A DNA stretch of 64,000 nt from Candidatus Latescibacterota bacterium. GTDB taxonomy: Bacteria > Latescibacterota > UBA2968 > UBA8231. The position numbers and the translations under genes are program-made. The stretch is from positions 4,384,001-4,448,000 of the forward strand of contig OZ253462.1 in assembly GCA_965261395.1 (NCBI GenBank), given 5' to 3'. A model generated the notes under the pieces. That model had not been told where the DNA came from. It saw only the letters and a list, made by a program, of their open reading frames with translations, and made no database searches. Positions 46,053-56,627 of this stretch are shown here, in pieces (positions within the stretch are counted from its first letter, which is position 1; each line of letters starts with the position of its first letter).

Positions 46053-47897
46053 TCAAGGCCCCCGCTGCAACTCGCCTGCTTTTTTGTTCCAGCGACGCGC
46101 TTCGTCATAGCGACCCTGTTCTCGCTCGATACGCGCCATCAAGCGATAGGGCATAGGCCGCCAAGGGTCGATGGCCGCCGCGGCCGCCACATGGTCCATA
46201 GCGCGATCCAACTCGCCAACTTCAAACAGTTTAAGCGCCGCGTTAAAGCGCGTGGTGCGCGAGTCGAAAGCAATAGTCGCCGCTTGCTCGTACGCGACCG
46301 TAGCCCCGGCCCGATCCCCAGCCCACAGGCGCTCCTCGCCGGCCATAAAATAGTAATTGCTCTGGATCTTTCGCACCCACGGGTCGCGGAAAAAGCCCGT
46401 GGCCAACGCATTGCCCATCTCGATCTGCGGGGCGACCCCAGTGTTGTCGTCGGGTGCTTGCAGGCGATAGACCAAGCCTGCAGGCACAAACACCCACTCC
46501 GCCAGCGGCGAGCGGCGCGGCACAAAATAAAAAAGGGGCCGCCCGCTTTGGGCCAAGGCGGCCTCGCGCCGCCAGCGCAGACGCTCCCGCCTCAGCTGTG
46601 GCAGCGCTTGCTCGCTCCAGCCGAGCACATCCGTCCCTCGTCCCATGCGGTTGTACAGGGTCACATCCGGGCGCAAGCCCTCTATCCTCAACAGGTAGTC
46701 GAGCACAAAGGCCGCATCGTCCCCCTCGGTAATCAGGATCGCGCCCTCGGGCAAGTCGGCGAGAACGTCGCGACCATAGCGGTCGGCGACCCAATTTTCG
46801 CTGCGGTCGGATTCCTCGTAGTGCGTAGTTAGTACCAAGGCGACGACGAGCGCGGCGACTGGGATCGAGACGGCCGGCCGCACCCGACTAGCCAACGCGT
46901 CCAACCCCATGCCCAACCACACCGCCAAGCCCACTATGCTGAGCAGGTAAAACACCGGTAGGCCATTGGGGTCGCGGTGGTAGTTGAGCGCGGCGATTAA
47001 ATTGCAGGCGATTGCCCCCCCAACCAAGACAAATGCACTGCGATCGCGACGCCAAGCCACCCAGCCACCCCAAGCGACCAACGGCACTAATGTGAAGTGG
47101 AACTCGCCCGCGGCCTGCTCTAGCCAGCGCTGGGCGTTGAGCAGCATGCCCTCTAAGGGCAAGGAAAAAAACGACGAGCGATACAGCGCGCCGCTCAAGT
47201 GCTGCCACAGGGCCTCTAGGTCGTCGAGCGGCCCCCAGTGAAACCCCGCGCCCCGGCCATTGCGCAGCGGCAGGTACGCCACCAAGCTGTACCCCCCCAG
47301 CGCAGCGAGTACCCCCTGTGCCAGCAACAAGGGCCGCCGCCAAAGCGCAGGCCAGCGCCAAGCCAAGACCGCGACCACGCCCGGCCAGACGAGTACCTGC
47401 ATTAAGTGAGCCGTGAGTCCCAAGCCCATCAGCCAACCCAAAAGGAGCACTTGGCGCGGCTCCTTGCTCTCACACGCTCTAAGGGTCTGGGCCAGCACCA
47501 AGACCACCAGCAACAAGGCCAAGCCATAAACTTCGGCGATGACGGCTTGGGACCAAAAGGTGCGCGAAAACGCCAGCGCTAAGGCCGCGGCCAAGGCGAC
47601 CACGGGCCGCACCCCGCGCCCGTAGAGCACAGCCGCCAAGGCTCCGCAACAGGCGGCGGCAAACAGGGCCGACGCAGCATTGACCGCCACGGCCGGACTA
47701 ACCCACGGTAGCGCCAGCGCGAGCAAGCGGCTGCTAAGGCAGAACAAGGGATACCCAGTCGGATGCGCCGTTCCCAACCCATAGGCCGCACCGATCAACT
47801 CACCGCTCCCCTCTACGTACACGGTCGGGCACAGCGTCGTCCCATAGACCACGAGCGCGGCAACCCCTGCAGCCAGCCCGATGATCCCGGCCGTCAC
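46053..47897 (-). CDS. DUF2723/TMEM260-like membrane glycosyltransferase (GT-C) with C-terminal TPR
   Basis: Y..TLCPTV...SGEL..AAY.LG.AHPTGYPL, FWSQAVIAEVY, EGDD. Confidence 0.85.
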   Translation of the reverse strand: MTAGIIGLAAGVAALVVYGTTLCPTVYVEGSGELIGAAYGLGTAHPTGYPLFCLSSRLLALALPWVSPAVAVNAASALFAAACCGALAAVLYGRGVRPVVALAAALALAFSRTFWSQAVIAEVYGLALLLVVLVLAQTLRACESKEPRQVLLLGWLMGLGLTAHLMQVLVWPGVVAVLAWRWPALWRRPLLLAQGVLAALGGYSLVAYLPLRNGRGAGFHWGPLDDLEALWQHLSGALYRSSFFSLPLEGMLLNAQRWLEQAAGEFHFTLVPLVAWGGWVAWRRDRSAFVLVGGAIACNLIAALNYHRDPNGLPVFYLLSIVGLAVWLGMGLDALASRVRPAVSIPVAALVVALVLTTHYEESDRSENWVADRYGRDVLADLPEGAILITEGDDAAFVLDYLLRIEGLRPDVTLYNRMGRGTDVLGWSEQALPQLRRERLRWRREAALAQSGRPLFYFVPRRSPLAEWVFVPAGLVYRLQAPDDNTGVAPQIEMGNALATGFFRDPWVRKIQSNYYFMAGEERLWAGDRAGATVAYEQAATIAFDSRTTRFNAALKLFEVGELDRAMDHVAAAAAIDPWRPMPYRLMARIEREQGRYDEARRWNKKAGELQRGP

Positions 47898-50257
47898 GAC
47901 CCCACTCCCAGCCGCAGACGTTCAAGCCACCCACTCCACAAAGGCCCCTGCGTGGCTATTGCGTGGATCACGACGATCAAGACTCCCAGCACGGCCCGGA
48001 CCTTCCACTGCGCTCCCACGTCCGCTGGCATATTCTCCACCGGCGGCAAGATCAGCCGCCGACCGCCCCAAGCCAGACCCAACCAAAGCGCGACTGCGGC
48101 CACGCTGATCAGCAAGCCATAGCGGAAACTATCCGGCTCATACGAAAAGACGACCTCGCGTGCCCCGGCCGGAACCACTACGGCGCGGAATACGTGATTA
48201 GCGCGGAGGATCGGGCGCTCGACCCCATCGACAAAGGCCCGCCAGCCCGGGTAGTGGGTATCGCTCAAGACCAAAATTCCCCCGGCTGAATCGGTGAGGG
48301 CCACGGCAACTTTTTCGTCCTCGTAGCGAACGATCCGCGCCGCGCCGCCTGGCCCAACCGAGGCGGTCGGCGCTTCCTCCAAGACGACTTCGCGCTGCAT
48401 GGGAAACCCTCGCGCCATATAACTCAGCCCGGCCCGAGGACTAGTGGCGAGGTGGTATTGGCCCACCGCGTACGCACGGGGCAAGACCGTAGGCAGGCGC
48501 TGTACGTCCATGTCTCCACCTCGGTCGTAGCGCACTGAGTATTCCACGCCAGCCAAGGCGGCAAACGCCGGATAGCCGCGGGCGAATTCCCCGTGGCGAT
48601 ACAGGTGTAGCGGGCTCCATCCCGGCAGCGCGTTGGCTATCCCGTACAGCCCCCCCGAATACATCCGCAAGGTCTCGTTATAACGCCTATAGGACTCCAA
48701 GTCATAGGCCCATCCCCCGTGCCAATCAAATGGCGAGTTCCGCTCGGAGACCAAGCTGATGATCCGCGGCGGCGCAGCGGCCGTGTGGTCGGCCAAAATC
48801 TCGCGGGCCGTCGCCGGAGTCTCGGTGTAAGCGGCCGGCTCTATCGTGCCGTTAAAGTCTACGCCAAAGCTGTACAGCTCGACAAAAATGACTACGGGCG
48901 CAGCCCACGCTGCGGCCCGCCGCGCCCGCCGGCCGAGCAGCCACGCGCCGATTGCCAACGCCCCTACGAGTCGCAGGCCGTCGCCGCGCAAGTGGTGGAT
49001 GTAGCGCGCAGATTCTGAGCCGTCGGCAAAGAGCGCGACTCCGCTGGCCCACAGCAGGCCAGCACTGGCCACGCCGAGGATTGCAGCCAACAGCCAGCCA
49101 TTTGCGGGCCGTTGCCGCTGGCGGCGCAACACTTGGTCGAGGCCAAGACCGCAGAGTACGGATGCCCCCACGGCAAACCACAACAAAAGGCGCGTCGGGA
49201 TGCGAAACAGGCTAAACCCCGGAATTTCATAAAAAAAGGAAAAGATGGCCGTGTATTTGCCTAGCGCGAGCACCAACCCGACGAGGGCGAGCGCGGCAAA
49301 AAAACCGACTTGGGCGTCCCGTCGCTCGCGCAGGGCCGCCCAAGCCAAAAATAGCGGCACCACGCCGACGTAGGCGCAGAGCTGGATGAAGAAGCCCACC
49401 TCCCGGCTCCCGTACGTGCCGTGGGCCGAATTGCCAAAGAAGTTGGGCCACAACAAGGTAGCCAGCCGCTCGGGCGGCAGCGACATCGCGACAAAGCTGG
49501 CCCACGACAAGCCAGCGCCGCGGTTGGATAGCTGCACCAATTCGGCGGTAGGTACTAGCTGGACCGCGGCTAGGGCCGCACCCAGCACGAGTGCGCCAGC
49601 CAGCGCCAGCCAAGCGACCCATTCCGCGCCCTGAACCCAACTCCGATAGAGCCAGTAGCCCGCGACCGCGACGGCCCCGTACAGGGCGGCTTGGGGGTGG
49701 CCAGCCAGCAGTTGCAAGCAAATCACCAACGCAAAGAGCAGTACGTAAAAAAAGTGCCCCCGGTTCAGGATGCGATCGACGAGCCAAAACAGTAGTGGCA
49801 ACCAAGCGCATACGTCGATGAAGTTGGGCGACATGGCCCGCACGACCATGTAGCCACTCAGGGCGTAGCAAAGCCCGGCGCACAGCGCGGCCGGGCGCAC
49901 CGCGCCAAAAGCGCGCACTAGCGCGTACATGCCTGCACTGGCCAACCACAGATGTAAAACAATGTTCCAGTTCAGTGCAGCCCAAGTGGGCAGGAACAAC
50001 GCCAAAATTACATTGGGCGGATACAGCGGTCCGGCCTGGCCTTCGGCAAACAGGGGGAAGCCGCAGTTGATGGCCGCATTCCACAGCGGCAATTGGCCTT
50101 CGCGGAGGGCGCGGGCGAAAAAATCGCGAAACGGGTGGTTTTGCACCATCACGTCCTGCACGAAAAACGCCCCCTCTAGCACCGCAGCCGGCCAAAAGAA
50201 AATGGCGACCGCCGCCCCGAGCAGCCCCACCGCACCCAGATCCTTGCGCCACTCCAC
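47894..50257 (-). CDS. YfhO-family membrane protein (GT-C-like)
   Basis: PLWN...GFPLFA..Q...LYPP, LLAGHPQ, LAAVQLVP, FRIPTR, LSDTHYPGWRAFVDG...RAN..FRAV.VPAG. Confidence 0.87.
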   Translation of the reverse strand: MEWRKDLGAVGLLGAAVAIFFWPAAVLEGAFFVQDVMVQNHPFRDFFARALREGQLPLWNAAINCGFPLFAEGQAGPLYPPNVILALFLPTWAALNWNIVLHLWLASAGMYALVRAFGAVRPAALCAGLCYALSGYMVVRAMSPNFIDVCAWLPLLFWLVDRILNRGHFFYVLLFALVICLQLLAGHPQAALYGAVAVAGYWLYRSWVQGAEWVAWLALAGALVLGAALAAVQLVPTAELVQLSNRGAGLSWASFVAMSLPPERLATLLWPNFFGNSAHGTYGSREVGFFIQLCAYVGVVPLFLAWAALRERRDAQVGFFAALALVGLVLALGKYTAIFSFFYEIPGFSLFRIPTRLLLWFAVGASVLCGLGLDQVLRRQRQRPANGWLLAAILGVASAGLLWASGVALFADGSESARYIHHLRGDGLRLVGALAIGAWLLGRRARRAAAWAAPVVIFVELYSFGVDFNGTIEPAAYTETPATAREILADHTAAAPPRIISLVSERNSPFDWHGGWAYDLESYRRYNETLRMYSGGLYGIANALPGWSPLHLYRHGEFARGYPAFAALAGVEYSVRYDRGGDMDVQRLPTVLPRAYAVGQYHLATSPRAGLSYMARGFPMQREVVLEEAPTASVGPGGAARIVRYEDEKVAVALTDSAGGILVLSDTHYPGWRAFVDGVERPILRANHVFRAVVVPAGAREVVFSYEPDSFRYGLLISVAAVALWLGLAWGGRRLILPPVENMPADVGAQWKVRAVLGVLIVVIHAIATQGPLWSGWLERLRLGVGS

Positions 50258-50260
50258 GAG

Positions 50261-51382
50261 CTAGTGCCGCCGCAGATGCGCGCAGAGCCGCTCGGCCGCC
50301 AAGGCGTGGCCGGCCGCGTTCCAGTGGCTATCGCGCCAATACAGGGTCTGGGTTTGGGCCTGTTCCCTGAACTCGTCGAGCAAGTCTATCAGCACCAATC
50401 CATGCTGCTCGGCAAAACCAGCTAGCTTGGCATTGGGCTTGCTCAGGTCGAACTCGCCGATCAGGCCGTACAGCTCGCGCTTGGCGCTCCAGTTGTCCTC
50501 TTCTACTTGGACGATCGACGGCACGTACACGACGGTCAGGCGCGCGCCGTGCTGCTCAACGCTGCGCTTAAAGGCCGCGAGGATGCGGCCCGTCAGCTCC
50601 CAGGCCGGGGCAAAGCGCGCGTCCGCGCCGTACAGGCCCGCGTAAAAATCCTGCTGCTGCCCGCGCGGCACCTCCGGCTGCCACGCCTTTTGCACCAGCC
50701 GGTACAAGTGCCAGTGCTGTGAGAAATAGCGCTGCAATCGCGCCGCGAGGGGCAACGAGTCTGCGGGTTGTCGCCAAAAGCTCGATTCCTTTACCGGGAC
50801 GCCTGCGAGTGCGAGCCGCCCGTTGCCTCGCACCCGGAAGTAGGGCTTAAAGCCCCGCTCGGCACCAATGCCGCGGCGCGAAGCATTGTTCCACAGGTCG
50901 TTGCCGTAAAAAAAGAGCACCACCTCATCGGCCCCAAAGCGCGACCCTTGTTGTTCGAAAAACAGCAGCGCTTGGTCGGTGCCGTAACCAGCCACCCCGA
51001 AGTTGGCCACCTCCACCGCAGCCCCCTCCCGCCGGAGGCAGGTTTCGAGTTGACGGCTGACCGCGGCCTCTATGGGGACGCCCCACCCTTCGACAAACGA
51101 GTCGCCAAACAGGGCCACGCGACGGAAGCCCACTCCCTTGGTGTCGGCGAACTCGCGATCGCGCAAGCCGATGCTATTGATCCGCATTTCCACGTCGAAT
51201 TCCGGGGTGACCAAGCGGCCGACGCGGTCCGGGATGTGGCTCCAACCCAGCTCGGGGTCGTAGCGCCAGACGGGAGGCCGACGGAAGAGCTGCGGGTGCA
51301 AGAAGCTCAACGCCAGTTCACACAGCGCGATTCCGAGGACTAAGCTGACCAGTGCGAGGGCTATCTTGGGCGCGTAGCGCAT
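50261..51382 (-). CDS. SGNH/GDSL-fold protein (AlgJ/AlgX-like acyltransferase/hydrolase)
   Basis: N-terminal TM; GDSFVEG, NFGVAGYG, GNDL, DSHWNAAGH. Confidence 0.87.
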   Translation of the reverse strand: MRYAPKIALALVSLVLGIALCELALSFLHPQLFRRPPVWRYDPELGWSHIPDRVGRLVTPEFDVEMRINSIGLRDREFADTKGVGFRRVALFGDSFVEGWGVPIEAAVSRQLETCLRREGAAVEVANFGVAGYGTDQALLFFEQQGSRFGADEVVLFFYGNDLWNNASRRGIGAERGFKPYFRVRGNGRLALAGVPVKESSFWRQPADSLPLAARLQRYFSQHWHLYRLVQKAWQPEVPRGQQQDFYAGLYGADARFAPAWELTGRILAAFKRSVEQHGARLTVVYVPSIVQVEEDNWSAKRELYGLIGEFDLSKPNAKLAGFAEQHGLVLIDLLDEFREQAQTQTLYWRDSHWNAAGHALAAERLCAHLRRH

Positions 51383-51621
51383 TCTCCGTTTCGTCCGTTC
51401 AATATTTATTGTGATCCCTCAAAATCCACACAACACTGATTTGCTGTCAACCGCGACGCACTTGGCCGGGATACCGCGCCTCATCTATATTGCACCGGCA
51501 CATGACGAGATGCTCACGAACCTCTTCAACAAGATCAAGGACAATACGAGCGTGGATATTACCGCCACCAGCGTAGTAAACAACCCCGTAAACGCAATGG
51601 TACCCTAACCTAGAACTAATT

Positions 51622-52745
51622 ATGTCCGAACAGACCACGTACGATTTGCCTGATGCCTGCTTGTTGCGGGCGCTGGATGACGCTCACGAGAAGGGGTTCC
51701 GGGATTTTCTGCGCCATAACAAGCATGACGAAAGATGCGAAGCACATCTCAAGCAGGCTGCTGATGCGATGATAAATCTAGAAAAAGTAGTGACAGGGAA
51801 ATTTGTTCCCGACTATTATGATGACTCGTATCTGGCTGCTGCATACCTAGTCAAATACCACTTGAAACACTGCATCCTAGCGTCCTGGGCGTTTAAGAGC
51901 ATCTTTGACCGAGTTGGTGTTCCGAATACGCTGTATGTTTGTGACGTGGGAGCGGGTACTGGGGCCGGTCGTGTAGGTTTAGCTCTTGCCCTGTCCAAGT
52001 ATGGCAAACAACCCGAGATCTATTTTGACGCTCAGGAACCGGCAAAAGCAATGCGGTCCGCAGGTACTTTTTTCTGGCGAGCATTTCGATGTTCCGTGCC
52101 TGATTATTTTAATTATCGCCAATATCCTACTCCGAAAAATCCGCCCGAGCTTCCGGCTAATACGGTGCGTGTGGTTACGGCATTCTATTTGAGTCTGCCT
52201 TGGGATAACAACCAATGGTCCTCGTATTGGGAAGAAAGTGTAAAGCCTGCCAAGAATACCCTAGAAGAGGTATTTCGTTAGTTAGCCCTGATTTAGGGAT
52301 TTTCACCATCCCTAAATCAAAAAAGAAGGCTCTGTATAGAGTGGTAGACGATTCCTACGATTGGGATAAGGAATTCGGAACTGATATAGATATTCCCAAT
52401 GATCCTGATAATCCTCAGGATCCTGGCAGATCCCATTTTTATACTAACTGCGCAGTTGATTTTGGCTTTGAAGTACCTGAAGCGGAAGGAGACCCAATTA
52501 AATCTGTTCGTCGCAGGAGCCGTTATCGATTCAGTTCGCCGAAAGACAGCATGTTGTCCTATCGCGTTTCATCTCGTCGTGCAGAGTTGTTGAGGCAGGG
52601 GCGAAAAGAGGCTAAGAGCAAAGCTGCCGAGCAGGAAAGACTACAGGAGTGGAAAAAAGCTGAGGCCAAGCGCAAGATCGACGAGCAAGGCGAGAAAGCT
52701 GAACGCTATCGAAGAGCACTCCGCCTGTTAAAGCCGCTTTCCTAA
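51622..52745 (+). pseudogene. Class I SAM-dependent methyltransferase-like gene split by a -1 frameshift near 52278
   Basis: AAAYLVKY and DVGAGTGAG motif in 51622-52281; restoring one T (CGT[T]TAGTTAGC) gives EEVFR-LVSPDLGIFT and a 374-aa protein ending 52745. Could alternatively be two genes or an assembly error. Confidence 0.55.
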
Positions 52746-52757
52746 GGAGGTTTTGCA

Positions 52758-53693
52758 ATGACAGATTCTATACAGCAAGACCTGTTTGATTCCCTTGATC
52801 CCGGTGTGTCGCAGGATGTTTCCGGCCCCGATAAAACCGGCAAGGCTGCCGTGACGTATGTCCAGACGGGGCAGTTGCTGACGAAGCCGACCGGATTTAT
52901 GAACGCGTACGATTTTACGCTCAACCCGTATAGCGGCTGCTCGTTTGGCTGTACCTACTGCTACGCGGCGTTTTTCAGCCGGGATGCCGAAAAGCGCGAC
53001 ACGTGGGGCTATTGGGTTGATGTAAAAGAAAATGCAATCGAGCTGATGGATAAGCGCCGGAAGTCGCTGGACGACAAGCTCATCTATATGAGTAGCGTCA
53101 CCGATCCTTATCAGCCCATCGAGCGAGAATTGGAACTCACTCGCCGCCTGCTGGAAATTATGGCCGAGCGGCATAAGCCAAAATTGGTCGTCCAAACCCG
53201 CAGCCCATTGGTGGCGCGGGATTGCGACCTGTTCCAGCGCATTGAGGATAACGGTGGACGAGTACAGGTCAATATGACGGTCACCACCGACGATGAGGAC
53301 ATCCGGCGGACTTTTGAGCCGTTCTGTCCGGGTAATCACCGGCGATTGGAGGCCATCAAGGAAGTACAGGCGGCCGGTATTGATACCTGCATTACGATGA
53401 CGCCCCTGCTGCTGGTCAATAACAACCGTGACTTTGCCGATGCTCTGATTGATACCGGCGTCGAGAAATTTATCGCCCAGCCTTTTCACTTCCGGCAAGG
53501 GAAATTTCTGGCCGGCACGCGGGAGGGCGCGTATGACCTGATGGCGCAAAAGCTGGGCTGTGGGCGCAATGATTTTGAACGGGAGTATCTGGAACGCTAT
53601 CGGCAATTCTTTGGAGTACTCGACAACAAACTGCGGGAGAACGGGTTGCCACCTTTAGGTGAGGGGAAGGACGGGTTTGCTCCGCCGTTTTAG
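52758..53693 (+). CDS. Radical SAM protein, spore-photoproduct-lyase-like family
   Basis: AAGGAGG RBS; LNPYSGCSFGCTYCYA, MSSVTDPYQPIE, QTRSPLV.RD, FEP. Confidence 0.88.
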   Translation: MTDSIQQDLFDSLDPGVSQDVSGPDKTGKAAVTYVQTGQLLTKPTGFMNAYDFTLNPYSGCSFGCTYCYAAFFSRDAEKRDTWGYWVDVKENAIELMDKRRKSLDDKLIYMSSVTDPYQPIERELELTRRLLEIMAERHKPKLVVQTRSPLVARDCDLFQRIEDNGGRVQVNMTVTTDDEDIRRTFEPFCPGNHRRLEAIKEVQAAGIDTCITMTPLLLVNNNRDFADALIDTGVEKFIAQPFHFRQGKFLAGTREGAYDLMAQKLGCGRNDFEREYLERYRQFFGVLDNKLRENGLPPLGEGKDGFAPPF

Positions 53694-53793
53694 CCAGTCA
53701 ATCTAGCGGGCGGTGTGGAGCGCGGGTCGCTATCATCCTTTTTATTTACATTTTATACACGGATAACATCGGCACACACCCTGCCTCCAACTC

Positions 53794-54909
53794 ATGCGCC
53801 ACATTCTAGTCACAGGCGGTGCCGGCTTTATCGGCTCGCACACCGTAGATCGCCTCGTCGCCGCGGGCTATCGCGTCCGCATCCTCGACTCCCTACAGGA
53901 ACGAGTCCACCCCGAAGGCTGGCCCACCTATCTGCCCGCGGGCGTGGAAAAGATGCGCGGCGACGTGCGCCAACGCGCCGACTGGCTGGCCGCGCTCGAC
54001 GGCATCGACGGCGTCATCCATTTAGCGGCCTACCAAGACTACATGCCGGATTTTTCCACCTTCCACCACGTCAATACCGTCGGTGCCACCCTGCTCTACG
54101 AGCTGATCGTCGCCGAGAAGCTGCCCGTGCGGAAAGTGGTCTTGGCCTCGTCGCAAGCCGTCTATGGCGAGGGCAAGTACCGCTGCGACGAGCACGGCAT
54201 CGTCTATCCCGACGCCCGTCCCGACGCGCAGCTAGCCAGAGCCGAGTGGGAAGTCCGCTGCCCTCACTGCGCCGCTCCCCTCGAACACCAACCGATCACC
54301 GAAGACACCGTCAACCCTCACACCACCTATGGCATCTCCAAATACGCGGCTGAACTAACCTCCTCCAGCCTCGGCCGCAAATACGACATTCCCACGGTCA
54401 ACATGCGCTACTCCATCGTCCAGGGGCCGCGCAACTCCTTTTTCAATGCCTATTCGGGCATCGGCCGCATTTTTGCCCTCCGCGTCCTGCACGGCCAGCC
54501 CCCCGTCTGCTACGAGGATGGCCAATCGTTGCGCGACTACGTCTATGTCGGCGATGTGGCCCGCGCCAATGTCCTCTGTCTCGCAGACGAGCGCGCTGAT
54601 TTTCGCTCCTTCAATGTCGCCGGCCAGCGCGGTACCACCGTCCTTGAATACGCTCAGCTAGTAACGCGCATCGCCGGGCGGGCCATCGCACCGCTCGTAA
54701 GCGGAGAATACCGCTTTGGCGACACCCGCCACACCGTCTCCTCCGGCGAGGCCCTGCAAGCCCTCGGCTGGCAGCCCGAGATCCCGCTCGAACAGACCAT
54801 CGGCGAATACATCGAGTGGATCAAAAGGCAGCCCAACCTCGCGGACTTCTACGCGGCGGCCCAAGCGAATATGCGGGCCGCCAACGTCCTCCGCAGGGCT
54901 AGCGCGTGA
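53794..54909 (+). CDS. NAD-dependent nucleotide-sugar epimerase/dehydratase
   Basis: VTGGAGFIGS, HLAA, ASSQAVYGEG, YGISK, RDYVYVGD. Confidence 0.93.
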   Translation: MRHILVTGGAGFIGSHTVDRLVAAGYRVRILDSLQERVHPEGWPTYLPAGVEKMRGDVRQRADWLAALDGIDGVIHLAAYQDYMPDFSTFHHVNTVGATLLYELIVAEKLPVRKVVLASSQAVYGEGKYRCDEHGIVYPDARPDAQLARAEWEVRCPHCAAPLEHQPITEDTVNPHTTYGISKYAAELTSSSLGRKYDIPTVNMRYSIVQGPRNSFFNAYSGIGRIFALRVLHGQPPVCYEDGQSLRDYVYVGDVARANVLCLADERADFRSFNVAGQRGTTVLEYAQLVTRIAGRAIAPLVSGEYRFGDTRHTVSSGEALQALGWQPEIPLEQTIGEYIEWIKRQPNLADFYAAAQANMRAANVLRRASA

Positions 54910-55625
54910 AGGCAATGATCCTAGCCGCTGGGCGCGGCACGCGCCTGCGCCCACTCACCGACGCGACCCCCAAAGCGATGGTCCCCTTTGCCGGCAAACC
55001 CCTGCTCGAATACGTCGTGCGCCTGTTGGCCCGGCACGGATTCGACGACCTCATCATCAACCTCCACCACTTGCCCCAAGTCATCGCCGACTATTTCGGC
55101 GATGGTCGGGCCTGGGGGGTGTCGATCACCTATTCGCTGGAAGACGATCTGCTCGGCACCGCCGGCGCCGCGCGGCAAGTGGCCGACTTTTTCGACGGGC
55201 CTTTTTTAATGTACTACGGAGACAACCTGACCAACTTCGACCTAGGCGACCTGTGGCAGACCCACCAGCGCGAGGGCGAGATCGCCAGCATCGGGCTTTT
55301 GTGGATGGACGACCCCACCACGCGGGGCATCGTCGGTCTCGACGCGCACCACCGCATCGACCGCTTCGTCGAAAAACCGCGGCCCGACCAAGTATTCGAC
55401 AACTATTGGGTCAACGCCGGGATCTACGCCCTACAACCCGAAATCCTCGACCGTATCCCGCCCGACACCCCCTGCGACTTCAGCGAAGTCTTCGCCGACT
55501 TGCTCGCCGCCGGCCACCCCCTGCTCGGGCATCCCATGCGCGGTCAACTCCTTTCGACCGATACGCCAGAGCGCTACCGCCACGCCTGTCAGTGCGTGGA
55601 CTCGGGCGCGTTCGCCCTTCCTTGA
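54906..55625 (+). CDS. Sugar-1-phosphate nucleotidyltransferase (HddC/mannose-1-P guanylyltransferase-like)
   Basis: MILAAGRGTRLRPLT..PK, LGTAGA, YGD, FVEKP, NAGIY. Confidence 0.9.
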   Translation: MKAMILAAGRGTRLRPLTDATPKAMVPFAGKPLLEYVVRLLARHGFDDLIINLHHLPQVIADYFGDGRAWGVSITYSLEDDLLGTAGAARQVADFFDGPFLMYYGDNLTNFDLGDLWQTHQREGEIASIGLLWMDDPTTRGIVGLDAHHRIDRFVEKPRPDQVFDNYWVNAGIYALQPEILDRIPPDTPCDFSEVFADLLAAGHPLLGHPMRGQLLSTDTPERYRHACQCVDSGAFALP

Positions 55626-55637
55626 AACGAGGCTAGT

Positions 55638-56627
55638 TTGATCCTCACCAGAGCGCCGCTGCGCATTCCGCTCGGCGGCGGCGGCACCGACCTAGCGTCC
55701 TATTACACCCACTACGGGGGCTTTGTACTCAGCGCTGGCATCGACAAATACGTCTATATCCAGCTCAACGACCTCAAGGTGGAAGACTTCATTCGCGTCA
55801 AGTACTCGCAGACCGAAAAGGTCGATGCGCCCGACCAGATCCAACATCCCCTACTGCGCGAAGCCCTGATCCACGCCGGGATTGAGGGCGGGATCGAAAT
55901 AAGCGCGATGTCCGACGTACCGGGCCGCACCGGCCTAGGCTCTTCGGGCGCGTTCACCGTGGCGCTGCTGGCCGCGCTACACGCCTATAAGCGCCGCCAG
56001 CCCTCTCCCCAAGCGCTGGCGGAGGAAGCCCACTATATCGAAGCGGTGCGAGCCGCCCAGCCAGCGGGCAAACACGACCACTACTTGGGCACCTTCGGCG
56101 GCCTGACTTGCCTCGACATCGACACCAGCGGTCGCGTCGCTGTCGCGCCACTGGCGATCTCCGCACCCACCGCCGAGGCCCTAGCCGCCAACATGCTGGT
56201 CTTTTTTACCGGCATCCGGCGCGAGAGTTCGGACATCCTCACGCGGCAAAACCAAGACACCCAACAAGGCGACGACCGCGTACTAGATAGCCTGCATCAG
56301 ACCAAACAGATAGGCTACCAGATCAAGGAGGCGCTCGAACGGGATGCACTCGACCGCTTCGGCGAATTACTCCACGAGCACTGGATCGCCAAAAAACAGC
56401 GGGCGCAGCAGATATCCAATGCGGATATCGACCGCTGGTACGCGGCCGGCCGCGCCGCCGGTGCCCTCGGCGGCAAGCTGCTAGGGGCCGGCGGCGGTGG
56501 TTTCCTCATGTTCTATTGCCCGGCTGAACACCACGCCAAGCTACGCGCCACCATGGCCCAAGAGGGCCTGCGCGAGATGCCCTTCCACTTCGATATGGAA
56601 GGCACTAAAGTCCTGGCCACCCTCTGA
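55638..56627 (+). CDS. GHMP-family sugar kinase (HddA-like heptose-7-phosphate kinase)
   Basis: RAPLRI.LGGGGTD, PGRTGLGSSG, GGKLLGAGGGGF. Confidence 0.85.
   Translation: MILTRAPLRIPLGGGGTDLASYYTHYGGFVLSAGIDKYVYIQLNDLKVEDFIRVKYSQTEKVDAPDQIQHPLLREALIHAGIEGGIEISAMSDVPGRTGLGSSGAFTVALLAALHAYKRRQPSPQALAEEAHYIEAVRAAQPAGKHDHYLGTFGGLTCLDIDTSGRVAVAPLAISAPTAEALAANMLVFFTGIRRESSDILTRQNQDTQQGDDRVLDSLHQTKQIGYQIKEALERDALDRFGELLHEHWIAKKQRAQQISNADIDRWYAAGRAAGALGGKLLGAGGGGFLMFYCPAEHHAKLRATMAQEGLREMPFHFDMEGTKVLATL

Noticed and set aside
51411-51608. 65-aa ORF at the left edge of the low-GC insert
   Set aside because: No RBS or recognisable motif; may be a gene remnant but cannot be supported.
52270-52285. Programmed -1 ribosomal frameshift
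   Set aside because: No X-XXY-YYZ slippery heptamer or clear stimulatory structure; a single-base deletion or sequencing error is simpler.
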